Assembly: GCA_964463155.1 (NCBI GenBank) | Contig: CAYXAY010000005.1 | Span: forward strand, 1,264 to 33,263 | Direction: 5' to 3' | DNA length: 32,000 nt | Origin: an uncultured archaeon | GTDB taxonomy: Archaea; Iainarchaeota; Iainarchaeia; Iainarchaeales; CSSED10-239 | Notes under the pieces: model-generated | The model's database searches: none | Told to the model about the DNA's origin: nothing | What the model saw: only the letters and a program-made list of their open reading frames with translations | Shown here: piece after piece, positions 1-8,389 of the stretch | Layout: each line of letters starts with the position of its first letter | Numbering within the stretch: the stretch's first letter is position 1 | Program-made: the position numbers and the translations under genes

Positions 1-3000
1 TGAGTTTCTTGTTGCGACAAAACCGTCAATTGTAATCTTGTATCTTCCACAGCCGTTTATCTTGTTGTCAAGATGTATGATATTACCCATCATCTGTAGA
101 CCACCGGTTGTTACTCCTACATTTTTTCTTACTGCGTAGTTTTTTATTGTAGGATATTTCTTGTCTTTGTCTTTGTCATTATCAAGCACTAATTTCATTG
201 TCTTTTCAGAGACGGTGTCGTTTTGGACATAGATTGGAATGTTTCTGTAGTCTTTCATCTTTTCTAGTGTTAATAACTCAGAGATTGGACAACCTGCTGT
301 CCTTGCAGTTGCAATCGAACAATTGGTTTGGCTTATCTGATTATCGACTTGCTTTGATGCGTTGATTGCTGCCGTATGAAGCTCTTGAATCTTTAATGCT
401 ATAAACTCTGTTGCGCTTTCGGCATCACAATAACCGTCTCTCTTACAGTCTTCAACAACTATTGGGTAGGTTATTGTTGTCTTTTCATCTTCTCCACAAA
501 CTTTTACTTCAACATTTTGTTCAACTCTTTTGTAATCCTCTTTTAAATCTGGATTTGTTTCTTCAACCTCTATTGAAAAAAGTATTGCTTCAGAAGTTAC
601 CATGCTTAATGGGGTGTTGTTTAATGGAAAGCCAATCAATCTTACGACGCTATCTGTTAATGCAGGGAAATATTTGCTTGGCTTTACTTTTAAATAGAAT
701 GATGCTGTTTGTCCTCGGGCTATATAGCCTGTTGGGATGACAGGAACTAATGCAACTGATGTGCCTTTGCCAAATGCCTGTTCAAAGGAATTTGGGTCAA
801 TATTTGGATTGATGTCATAGGAGATATAACCTATTGGGTCAGCACACCAGTTTGTGATATTTATTAACTTTGTTTTTTCCTCTCCAACCTTTGTGTACAT
901 ATAGATTTTCTTTTGGTCAATCTTCAGACAGCCTGCTGAAGAGAACTTAAAGCCAACACTAAACCTTGCTTCTACTGGGTCTTTTGAACCTTTTGACTCT
1001 GCGCTTACCTTGTAATAAAGTGTTGCAGAGGTTGCCTTGTCAACTTTTCCTTCATACTGGATATATATTTGTTTTGTTTGACCTGGCCTAATCTCTTCAA
1101 AACTCATTGGTTCCATCTTGTCTTGGATATTTGACGGAAGTTTTTCATCAAGTCTTGAAATTTGAACATTCCTTAATGGATATTTTCCGGTGTTTGTTAT
1201 TGAAAACATTGTTCTGTTTGATGCAGGGATTTGGTCAACCACTTGTGACAAGGAGATTACTGATGTTGGTGGTGTTACTCTTATTGTTTTTGAATAATCA
1301 ACAAGATCAACATTTAACCTCGTGTTTTCCAAAGCGTAGTAAGGGTTTCTCCAAGCAATCTCAAAGGAATAGCCTTTTGTTGTTTTTCTTGCCTTTGTGT
1401 TTCTTAATGTTATTGTGTAATCGCTAACTTCTTCATTTGGTTCTATTATTAGTGATGGCAAATCTATCTGTAGATTTTCATCTTTCTTTATTGTTGTTCC
1501 TTTTGCTTTTAATAGCTCTGGGGTTATTGTTAATGCCTTTTGGCAATTGTTTTGTATTGACAATATCACTTCTTGCTCTGAACCTTCGCTTATACCTAAA
1601 TAACCATAAACTACTTGTGGCTTAATGTCAAGGCATGTTTCTTTTACCTTTCCTCTATAAAAATTAATTTCTATTTCTTTTGCAACCTGCTTGTTGCCTA
1701 TAAAACCATAAATTGTCATTATTGATTTTGCAGATGTGAACTTTATCTTTGGATCAATTACTGCAAATAATACTATCTCTGCTGGCATAGATGGTTCAAG
1801 GGATGCTGGAAGTTGTGTTTCTACAGTTAGTCCTGCAACCTTATCAATGTCAGTTAAGACATAGCTTAAATCTTTTATTTGGATATTCCCTTTATTGATA
1901 ATTGTTATTCTTTGACTTTCTTGGCTTATATTTTCTCCAAAGGTTATGTCTATGCTGTCAGGGGCATAGATTAGTCCCTTATCTGCAATTGTTAATTGCT
2001 TAGTGTAAGGAATATATCCTGGAGCGCTAACTTCTAAATATGGCTTTGAGCTTGAAAAGTTTTGATTGATTATGTATACCCCGTTCTTTCCTGTTTTTGA
2101 ACTGGCTATTAAGTCTCCAAACTCAGAGGTTATTTTTACAAAGGCATTATTTATTGGTACCTTTGTTTCAGAGTCCTCTACACTTACTGTTATTGGAGAG
2201 TTGTAAGCTAATATCTCTTGTACATTAACAAGAAGTTTTCTTTTTTGCTTGACTTCAAAATTTAGTCTTTTTTCTATGACTTGTGAATTGAATGTGGTTT
2301 TAATGTCAAGATAGGTTACTCCTGTGTCCTTTGCCTTGAATAATAAATATTGTTTCCTGTTGTTTCCTGATTGTATTGACATGATTGAAGAAGTAAGTTT
2401 TGTGTCTGTTGAGTCAAGGGAACTGCGTGGCATAATTTCTGTTTCCTGATAATTGATTAACCCTAGTATTGGCCTGCTCTTGTCTGTCTCTGCGTTTATA
2501 GTTATTTCTCCATTTAACAAACTATAATAAGTAATTTCTAAAAGATACATATCATCCTTTACTGCAAAAAAGCTTTCCTTTGAATAATCAAAGCCTTCTG
2601 AGTCTAGAAACCTGTAATCAATACATAGGTTGTTTGAACACTCTGCTGGTGTTTCTAAAACATTTAATCTTAATTGCTTGGTTTTTGCATAAAGGCCTTG
2701 TCTTGAAGAAACATTTCTTGAAACGTCAAGTATTGTATCTTTTGGGTCTCTATAGATTGAACCAGAATAATCACACCAAGTTCTATAGCTTGCAGACATT
2801 GTTCCTATCTCGTTTGCTTTTACCTTTATCATTACTTGTTTTTTTGTTATGCTTGCAGATGACCAGTAAAGCTCTAACCATTTGTTTAATTGGTTTGGTT
2901 CTCCAACATTATCATAGTCTATTGATTGTTGGTTGTTATTGTAGGTTGTTGAGTATTTGAATTTTGTTGTGTCTGCTTTAAAGCCTGTTATTCCATAACT

Positions 3001-5097
3001 CATGTTTTCAGAATCGTTTTCATAATCTTCTCCAATCCGAAAATGAGCGCCACAACTTGTTGCAGCGGTTGGAAATTGCAAATCAAAGACAAGATAATAA
3101 TCTTTATCAACACTTAAAACTGTTGTTGGGCTGTTGTGTGTGTCTCTTAGTTCTACAAAGGAGATTACTGGATTTAAATCCGTTACTTCTGGCTTTAATG
3201 TTAAATTAAGATAATTTTCGTCTCCGATTATTGTTGACATCACTGTTGTGTTTCCATTGTTGTCTGTGTATTCGATTATTAGGTTTTTGTAACCCTGTGT
3301 TTCAAATGTAAATGGCAAGTCTTCTAAAATACATTTATCTTTAAGTATTGTTCCAAGTTTTGATTTTATTATTACACAACCTGTTGTTATTGGATTGCCG
3401 CGTGTGTCTTTTAATTTAAGAGTTATTGTTTTTGTTGCATCATTAACTATTAAAATTACTTTATTGTCCTTGAGAGGATCAATTGTTGTTTCTTGGCTTT
3501 CTGTTGTGTCGCCAACAATTCCTGTGACTTTGTAATCGTCTCTGCTCTTTGCATAGACTGATGTATGACCGGCAATATCAACAGTAAGAGGACCGGTTCC
3601 TATTGGAACATAAGTTCCATTTAGTTTTTTGTAAACCAAAACATTTGCTGTTGGTATTGGGTTGTTCACTGAATTTAAAACATATATTGATAATTTATAG
3701 ATGTCTGCTGAACCAACCTTTGCTAAAGAAATCTCTAAGTTGTTTGAGGCATCTATGTTTGCAAGATACTGTGAGCAGGCATAGCCTTCTTTACAAGCAG
3801 TGACAACATAGTTTGTGTTTTGGTCAAGACCTGTAAAGGTTACTTGCCCATCCATTTTTGTTGTTGATGTTAGAAGTTCGTTTCCTGTTAAGTTGTAAAG
3901 AGTTACCTTTGAATCAAGCAATGGACCTACAAGATCTGCAACAACCATTACATTTAGGTTTGAACTTCCTGCAATTAATTTTACTGTAAAGCTTTCTTCG
4001 TTTTTTGATATCCTGTAGGTTTTGTGGTCCTTGTCACTGTCATAGATTCTGTAGCCTTCTTTTGTTATAACAAAACGTATTACTTCTCCAACAGTTGTTT
4101 TAAATGTTACTTTTCCAAGTTTTGTTTTGGTATTGTTTATTATTTCTCCTGCTCTGTTGTATACTGTAACATTGCAATCATCAAGAAGATCTCCTAATTG
4201 GGTTGTTGCAAAAATTGTTAGTCTTGCTTCGCTTCCTTGAAGTAATGCTTTTTCTAAATCAAAATCCAAGGAGATGTTTTGTGTCTCAAGTAACTTTGTT
4301 AGTCTTATGGATTTGCTTACTGTTTCGTAGTTTTCACTTTCAATTGTTAATGTTATATCTTTGTTTTGAGGAACTGATTCTATTGTAATTTCGCCAAGGT
4401 TGTTTGGGGTTGCAGTTATTTGTTGGGACCTCCCGTTTAGTCTGTAGTCTAATGTCGCGTTATAATCTGGTATTGATTTTTTGGTTTGGTTGTCTATAAT
4501 TGTTAATTTTAATGTACCATAATTTATCAACTCATCAAACTTGATTGAAAGTGGTTTGCTACTATCAAAGGTTATTTGTTTGTTTAAATAGTGTGAATAA
4601 CCTGTCTTTGTGGCATTGATTCTATAATCTGCACCAGGACGCAGGGCTATTCTTTTTTTGTCACCATCACTCATTATTCCTGTAAACTTTGTCTTGTCTT
4701 TTAGATCGCTTATAGAAACAGAAACATCAGTTAGTTTTGTTCCGGCATAATCTGTTAAAGAAAAGGTTACTGTTGTTTTTGTTGCAAAGTTGATTATAAA
4801 AAATATTAATATTGCAAGAATGATAATGGTCAGGCAAGTAACAAACGCAAAAGCCGGTATTCCTTTTTTCTCTAAGGTGTCATTAAGCTTGTTTAAGGCA
4901 ATTCCTTTTTCTGACAACCAATCAGAAAAAGTAAAATATCTTTCTTCAAACCACTGGTAGGTTTTACCAAAGATGTTTTTCTCTTTTTGTTTTTCTATTT
5001 CTTTTTCTGAGTAATCGTCGTTGACTTCTGAATAATCTTCAATTTCCTCATCTGAGAAATCATCTTCTTTTGTTTTTTTTGTTTTTGCTTTTGCCAT
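1..5097 (-). CDS. Giant membrane-anchored surface protein, N-terminal part only (at least 1,699 codons; the ORF runs off the left window edge). Built of tandem ~85-95 aa beta-sandwich modules (carboxypeptidase-regulatory/PEGA-like pattern).
   Basis: Absent from the ORF track because it has no in-window stop. Hand translation of the reverse strand from the ATG at 5097..5095 gives MAKAKTKKTKEDDFSDEEIEDYSEVNDDYSEKEIEKQKEKNIFGKTYQWFEERYFTFSDWLSEKGIALNKLNDTLEKKGIPAFAFVTCLTIIILAILIFFIINFATKTTVTFSLTDYAGTKLTDVSVSISDLKDKTKFTGIMSDGDKKRIALRPGADYRINATKTGYSHY... It has a charged head, one hydrophobic helix, then repeated modules ending in K(T/E)GY. The frame stayed open over the ~520 codons I translated (5097 down to ~3540). 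No minus-strand ORF is listed anywhere in 1..5097, which is only possible if this frame has no stop. The plus-strand ORFs here are Leu-rich antisense artefacts. Confidence 0.85.
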   Translation of the reverse strand, partial: MAKAKTKKTKEDDFSDEEIEDYSEVNDDYSEKEIEKQKEKNIFGKTYQWFEERYFTFSDWLSEKGIALNKLNDTLEKKGIPAFAFVTCLTIIILAILIFFIINFATKTTVTFSLTDYAGTKLTDVSVSISDLKDKTKFTGIMSDGDKKRIALRPGADYRINATKTGYSHYLNKQITFDSSKPLSIKFDELINYGTLKLTIIDNQTKKSIPDYNATLDYRLNGRSQQITATPNNLGEITIESVPQNKDITLTIESENYETVSKSIRLTKLLETQNISLDFDLEKALLQGSEARLTIFATTQLGDLLDDCNVTVYNRAGEIINNTKTKLGKVTFKTTVGEVIRFVITKEGYRIYDSDKDHKTYRISKNEESFTVKLIAGSSNLNVMVVADLVGPLLDSKVTLYNLTGNELLTSTTKMDGQVTFTGLDQNTNYVVTACKEGYACSQYLANIDASNNLEISLAKVGSADIYKLSIYVLNSVNNPIPTANVLVYKKLNGTYVPIGTGPLTVDIAGHTSVYAKSRDDYKVTGIVGDTTESQETTIDPLKDNKVILIVNDATKTITLKLKDTRGNPITTGCVIIKSKLGTILKDKCILEDLPFTFETQGYKNLIIEYTDNNGNTTVMSTIIGDENYLNLTLKPEVTDLNPVISFVELRDTHNSPTTVLSVDKDYYLVFDLQFPTAATSCGAHFRIGEDYENDSENMSYGITGFKADTTKFKYSTTYNNNQQSIDYDNVGEPNQLNKWLELYWSSASITKKQVMIKVKANEIGTMSASYRTWCDYSGSIYRDPKDTILDVSRNVSSRQGLYAKTKQLRLNVLETPAECSNNLCIDYRFLDSEGFDYSKESFFAVKDDMYLLEITYYSLLNGEITINAETDKSRPILGLINYQETEIMPRSSLDSTDTKLTSSIMSIQSGNNRKQYLLFKAKDTGVTYLDIKTTFNSQVIEKRLNFEVKQKRKLLVNVQEILAYNSPITVSVEDSETKVPINNAFVKITSEFGDLIASSKTGKNGVYIINQNFSSSKPYLEVSAPGYIPYTKQLTIADKGLIYAPDSIDITFGENISQESQRITIINKGNIQIKDLSYVLTDIDKVAGLTVETQLPASLEPSMPAEIVLFAVIDPKIKFTSAKSIMTIYGFIGNKQVAKEIEINFYRGKVKETCLDIKPQVVYGYLGISEGSEQEVILSIQNNCQKALTITPELLKAKGTTIKKDENLQIDLPSLIIEPNEEVSDYTITLRNTKARKTTKGYSFEIAWRNPYYALENTRLNVDLVDYSKTIRVTPPTSVISLSQVVDQIPASNRTMFSITNTGKYPLRNVQISRLDEKLPSNIQDKMEPMSFEEIRPGQTKQIYIQYEGKVDKATSATLYYKVSAESKGSKDPVEARFSVGFKFSSAGCLKIDQKKIYMYTKVGEEKTKLINITNWCADPIGYISYDINPNIDPNSFEQAFGKGTSVALVPVIPTGYIARGQTASFYLKVKPSKYFPALTDSVVRLIGFPLNNTPLSMVTSEAILFSIEVEETNPDLKEDYKRVEQNVEVKVCGEDEKTTITYPIVVEDCKRDGYCDAESATEFIALKIQELHTAAINASKQVDNQISQTNCSIATARTAGCPISELLTLEKMKDYRNIPIYVQNDTVSEKTMKLVLDNDKDKDKKYPTIKNYAVRKNVGVTTGGLQMMGNIIHLDNKINGCGRYKITIDGFVATRNS

Positions 5098-5171
5098 TAT
5101 TTATCTTCTCTTTATATTTTTTTAAAATATATTTTTGACATATAAATAAAAGTATAATATATTTATATATG

Positions 5172-5180
5172 TTTATATTA
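5172..5180. repeat. Left copy of the 9-bp direct repeat TTTATATTA (candidate target-site duplication of the IS remnant).
   Basis: Exact 9-mer directly abutting the left IR; the identical 9-mer abuts the right IR at 5876-5884. Confidence 0.6.
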
Positions 5181-5875
5181 GGGTTTGTAGAACCCCTCTA
5201 ACTCCTTAATCGTAACATAAATAATACATCGGTCTTACTACCTATATTTTATGATTTTTCAGGATAAATATATTACAACCAATATCTTTTAATAGTTTCT
5301 ATAAGCAAGTTGAACGAGTTTTTGGTGAAGTTAGGTTACCTTTTCATTTTCCTAAGTACTCTAACAAGCTATACAGCAATTTTGTTCATGTATATTTGTT
5401 GAGTTTAAAAGAACGACACAAGAGTTCTTATCGTCATTTAACAGAATTGTTAAACGACATAACTGTTTTAAGATTGCTTGGAATCCAGAAGCAACCACAC
5501 TTTACAACCCTGCAAAAATTTGTAAGTAAGATTAGTAAAGACATTTTACAAAAACTAGTAATGGCTTGTCATAAGCTTATCAACAGCAACAAGATGATTG
5601 TTGCAGTTGATTCTACGGGTTTTGTAAATGTTAATCCAACTTATTATTGTCTTAATAAGTGCGGCATTAGACCACCATACAAAAACTTTACACAAACAAG
5701 TATTATTGTAGATACAGATACAAAATTAGTACTATTTGTAACTGCAACAACGCAGGATAACCAGCAAAAGCAGGTTATCCTAAAAGTATTAACCTATAAT
5801 TTAGAACAGTTAAGCAGAAACAAAAAAGCAATTTCTTTCACAATATTAATATTCTAAAAGGATTTCTACAGAACC
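5181..5875 (+). mobile_element. Internally deleted, non-autonomous IS element (IS5/IS4-superfamily DDE transposase remnant) bounded by imperfect 16-bp terminal inverted repeats.
   Basis: Left end 5181-5196 is GGGTTTGTAGAACCCC. The reverse complement of the right end 5860-5875 is GGTTCTGTAGAAATCC (12/16 identical, core TGTAGAA shared). The transposase-like frame stops at 5855-5857, 2 nt before the right IR. The element is flanked by the identical 9-mer TTTATATTA on both sides. Confidence 0.7.
5255..5857 (+). pseudogene. Truncated DDE transposase (IS5/IS4-like), about 200 codons open. It retains the N-terminal region and first catalytic-Asp region and lacks the rest of the DDE core.
   Basis: Track ORF 5396..5857; the frame is open from 5255. 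Motifs: SYRHLTELLND..LGI.KQPHFTTLQKF (typical N-terminal helix-turn-helix region), VAVDSTGF...PTYY (first Asp of the DDE triad), and C-terminal ..VLTYNLEQL resembling the conserved transposase tail. At ~200 aa it is much shorter than intact relatives (>300 aa). Confidence 0.65.
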
Positions 5876-5884
5876 TTTATATTA
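5876..5884. repeat. Right copy of the 9-bp direct repeat TTTATATTA (candidate target-site duplication).
   Basis: Exact match to 5172-5180, immediately outside the right IR. Confidence 0.6.
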
Positions 5885-5948
5885 AGAAAAAAGAATATAA
5901 CTCCAAACTATTTACTAGAAAGAGTTATAAATAAGAAAAAAAGAAAAA

Positions 5949-6506
5949 TTAAAAAGAAACCTTAATGTTCTTTTTTTCTTCTGCACTTGTTTCTAAGAAA
6001 GCCTCATCCTTGAAACCAAACATCTTTGCAAACATGTTGTTTGGTACAGTTTGTATTTTGTTGTTGTAGTCCATTACTGTGTCATTGTAGTATTGTCTTG
6101 CATAAGCTATTTTGTTTTCAATACCTGATAATTCCTCTTGAAGTTGTAAGAAATTTTGGCTTGCTTTAAGGTCAGGATAATTCTCAACAACAATGTTTAG
6201 TAGCCCGCCAATTGCTTTAGACATTTGGTCGTTTGTCTTCATTGTTGCTTTGATGTCCTTTGCTTGCATTGCCTGATTTCTTAGTTCTGTTATCTTTGTT
6301 AATGTCCCTGCTTCGTGTTTTACATAGCCTTTAACAGTCTCAACAAGATTTGGAACAAGATCATATCTTTTCTTTAACTGAACATCTATCTGGCTCCATC
6401 CGTTTTTTACCTTGTTTCTTAAACGTATCAGGCTATTATACATGAAAAGAGCCATTAACAGAATAATTCCAAAAATAACAAGAATTATTATTAGTGCTAT
6501 TGCCAT
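5949..6506 (-). CDS. lemA: LemA family membrane protein.
   Basis: N-terminal TM helix followed by YNSLIRLRNKVKNGWSQIDVQLKKRYDLVPNLVETVKGYVKHE and YYNDTVMDYNNKIQTVP, the canonical LemA pattern. Confidence 0.9.
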   Translation of the reverse strand: MAIALIIILVIFGIILLMALFMYNSLIRLRNKVKNGWSQIDVQLKKRYDLVPNLVETVKGYVKHEAGTLTKITELRNQAMQAKDIKATMKTNDQMSKAIGGLLNIVVENYPDLKASQNFLQLQEELSGIENKIAYARQYYNDTVMDYNNKIQTVPNNMFAKMFGFKDEAFLETSAEEKKNIKVSF

Positions 6507-6570
6507 TTCATCACCTTTTTTTTAAAATAACTAGATAATATATAGATTGCTAATATTTATAAAGAAATTG

Positions 6571-7062
6571 TTAGTCAGAATTTGGAATGTATTTGTCTAT
6601 GTTTTGGATAATCTTGGGGACCGCCTTGTTAATTCTGTTTATTGCGACACAGAGATATTCTTCTGCTTTCTTCTTTGATTTTGTTTTCTTGTAAATGTCG
6701 GGATAATCAAGAAACGAGGATTTTTTTCCAAAGGCAATTTCATTAAAAATAACTGAATCTTTATTGTATTTTTCTTTAAGATAATCTTGATGAACCCTTG
6801 CCATAGAGACAATTAAATCTGATGATGCAAGAATCCTCTTTGTTACTTTCCTTTGCTTGTGTTTAGAATGATCAACATCTAATTTTTCTAGTTCTTCTTT
6901 TACTATTGAATGGATTGATTGCTTTTTTGCAGTAATTCCCGCAGACGCAACTTTTAGTTTTATGCCTTTTTCTTGAAGGTGTTTTTTTAGAAGAAGCTCA
7001 GCAGACATGCTTCTAAAGACATTTCCTGTGCATACAAAAAGTATTGTTTTCATTCTCTTCAC
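6571..7062 (-). CDS. Low-molecular-weight protein phosphatase / ArsC-like (LMWP family).
   Basis: P-loop ILFVCTGNVFRSMSAE (CX5R-S) at the N-terminus, later SAG motif (VASAGI); 163 aa. Confidence 0.85.
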   Translation of the reverse strand: MKRMKTILFVCTGNVFRSMSAELLLKKHLQEKGIKLKVASAGITAKKQSIHSIVKEELEKLDVDHSKHKQRKVTKRILASSDLIVSMARVHQDYLKEKYNKDSVIFNEIAFGKKSSFLDYPDIYKKTKSKKKAEEYLCVAINRINKAVPKIIQNIDKYIPNSD

Positions 7063-7072
7063 AAAATTTATT

Positions 7073-7450
7073 TTAAATATAATATTTATCTAATGATTTT
7101 TTAATCAAAATAACATCGTGATTTGATTGTTGATTTTTTAAATAAATGTCTATAAATAAAACTTCATTTTTTAGTTTTGACAAATGCCAAATTACTCTTG
7201 CGGTGAAATCGCGATCATCTGATATTCTCATTCGTGATTTTATTACTAAATATTCTGAATATTTTTCCCCAAGTTTTATTCGCTCATTTCTTTTTGGAGA
7301 TTCTTTTAATAGTTCTTCTCTTCGTGTTAAAATGGTTTGTTTAATTATCTCAAAATCTTTTACTAAACATCTTGGGTGTTTCTTTAAAACCTTATCAAAT
7401 TTCTGCTCAAAATCAGAAGTGTTTTTAGCAACACAATCAATGGATTCCAT
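7073..7450 (-). CDS. Putative toxin, RelE/HigB-like (Gp49/DUF1044-like pattern). Family not securely identified.
   Basis: 125 aa; starts 10 nt after the stop of the Panacea-domain gene. The C-terminal pattern LVIKSRMRIS..DFTARVIWHLSKLKNEVLFIDIYLKNQQSN resembles the K.R....GG.RVIY.....i.LL.iY.Kne..n core of RelE-superfamily toxins. Recognition is by pattern only. Confidence 0.45.
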   Translation of the reverse strand: MESIDCVAKNTSDFEQKFDKVLKKHPRCLVKDFEIIKQTILTRREELLKESPKRNERIKLGEKYSEYLVIKSRMRISDDRDFTARVIWHLSKLKNEVLFIDIYLKNQQSNHDVILIKKSLDKYYI

Positions 7451-7460
7451 TGCTAATAAC

Positions 7461-7949
7461 CTACTCTACTAGTTTTTCTAAGGACTCTGCTCTGTAAAAT
7501 ACTAAATCATAATCTATTATACCATTATCTTTAGAAACTAAATAAGGATTATCTTTGTGAGATAAATTTGATATTTGAGTCGCAGAAAGAGCGCCTAATT
7601 TTTTTATAACTTTATCAATTGTAGATATTTCCTCTTTTGATAATGTACTTAATTTAGGGGCATCTAAAATTTTATACTTTGTGTTTTGTGATAACTGTTT
7701 GGTTTCTATTTTTTTTCCCTTTTCTAATTTATCAATTATTATTGCAATGTGTACTGGGGCGGGGCCAAACTCGATCTTTCTATATTCTTCATTTGTAATT
7801 GATTTATTGTTTTTTTTATAGTGATTAAAATCCGAAAAATATAATAATTTATATAAAACGGTCTTTCCAAAATTTGTATTTTTATCACATTTAGAAATAA
7901 TATAATGGGCCATTTCACTTAGCTTTTCAGAATTGTAATTTAAGACCAT
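7461..7949 (-). CDS. Panacea (DUF4065) domain protein, SocA/PanA-like antitoxin.
   Basis: From the internal ATG at 7949 (MVLNYNSEKLSEMAHYIISKC..): FGKTVLYKLLYFSDFNHYKKNNKSITNEEYRKIEFGPAPVH and LSATQISNLSHKDNPY match the DUF4065 pattern (KLqKLlYf.D......g..iT...y.....GPvp ... tH...pw). The 44-codon N-terminal extension in the track overlaps the upstream gene and is preceded by no promoter. TTTATATA lies on the minus strand at 7985-7992. Confidence 0.75.
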   Translation of the reverse strand: MVLNYNSEKLSEMAHYIISKCDKNTNFGKTVLYKLLYFSDFNHYKKNNKSITNEEYRKIEFGPAPVHIAIIIDKLEKGKKIETKQLSQNTKYKILDAPKLSTLSKEEISTIDKVIKKLGALSATQISNLSHKDNPYLVSKDNGIIDYDLVFYRAESLEKLVE

Positions 7950-8032
7950 ATTTATCACAGCTATACATATATTATTAATTCTAATATATAAAAAGCTTTC
8001 GGAGGTAGATGCCCAGTGCGAAAAAATCGAAA

Positions 8033-8389
8033 TCAGTGCTCCATTTCTAGAGTGTTTGGATAATTTGGGTCCGGAACACACCCAACTCCACTTGGAGCAA
8101 ACTTTTCATTACAATAACAATAATTGACTTCATGTTGTGGGAGAAGCTCTGGACAGTTTTCTAATGATTGAATCGATATTGAACGTATTATATTATTTAC
8201 AAAATCTAACATAGATAATTGATTACAATTTAAGAATAGATTTAGGGCAGGATAATCAAAATGACGAGAAAAACAAATATAGTTGTCTACTATTTCTAAT
8301 ATATTTGAATCAATTATAAAAACCCTACTATTTCCATAATTAAATCCTCTAAAAATTAAATTTATATTTCTTGGTGTTTTTTTAGACAT
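8033..8389 (-). CDS. Hypothetical protein (118 aa, six Cys), first gene of the Panacea cassette.
   Basis: Track ORF 8033..8401 begins at a TTG; an ATG at 8389 gives MSKKTPRNINLIFRGF... No motif recognised. Confidence 0.5.
   Translation of the reverse strand: MSKKTPRNINLIFRGFNYGNSRVFIIDSNILEIVDNYICFSRHFDYPALNLFLNCNQLSMLDFVNNIIRSISIQSLENCPELLPQHEVNYCYCNEKFAPSGVGCVPDPNYPNTLEMEH

Noticed and set aside
411-4388. Six plus-strand ORFs in the track (411..740, 1107..1427, 1437..1625, 2580..2960, 3603..3803, 4203..4388).
   Set aside because: Leu/Phe-rich low-complexity translations typical of the antisense strand of an AT-rich gene. All lie inside the long open minus-strand frame 1..5097, which has a convincing start, a TM helix and a repeat architecture.
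7146-7472. 108-aa plus-strand ORF antisense to the RelE-like gene.
   Set aside because: It overlaps 7073..7450 completely, has a Ser/Phe/Leu-rich composition, and has no start context. The minus-strand gene is coupled to the Panacea gene.
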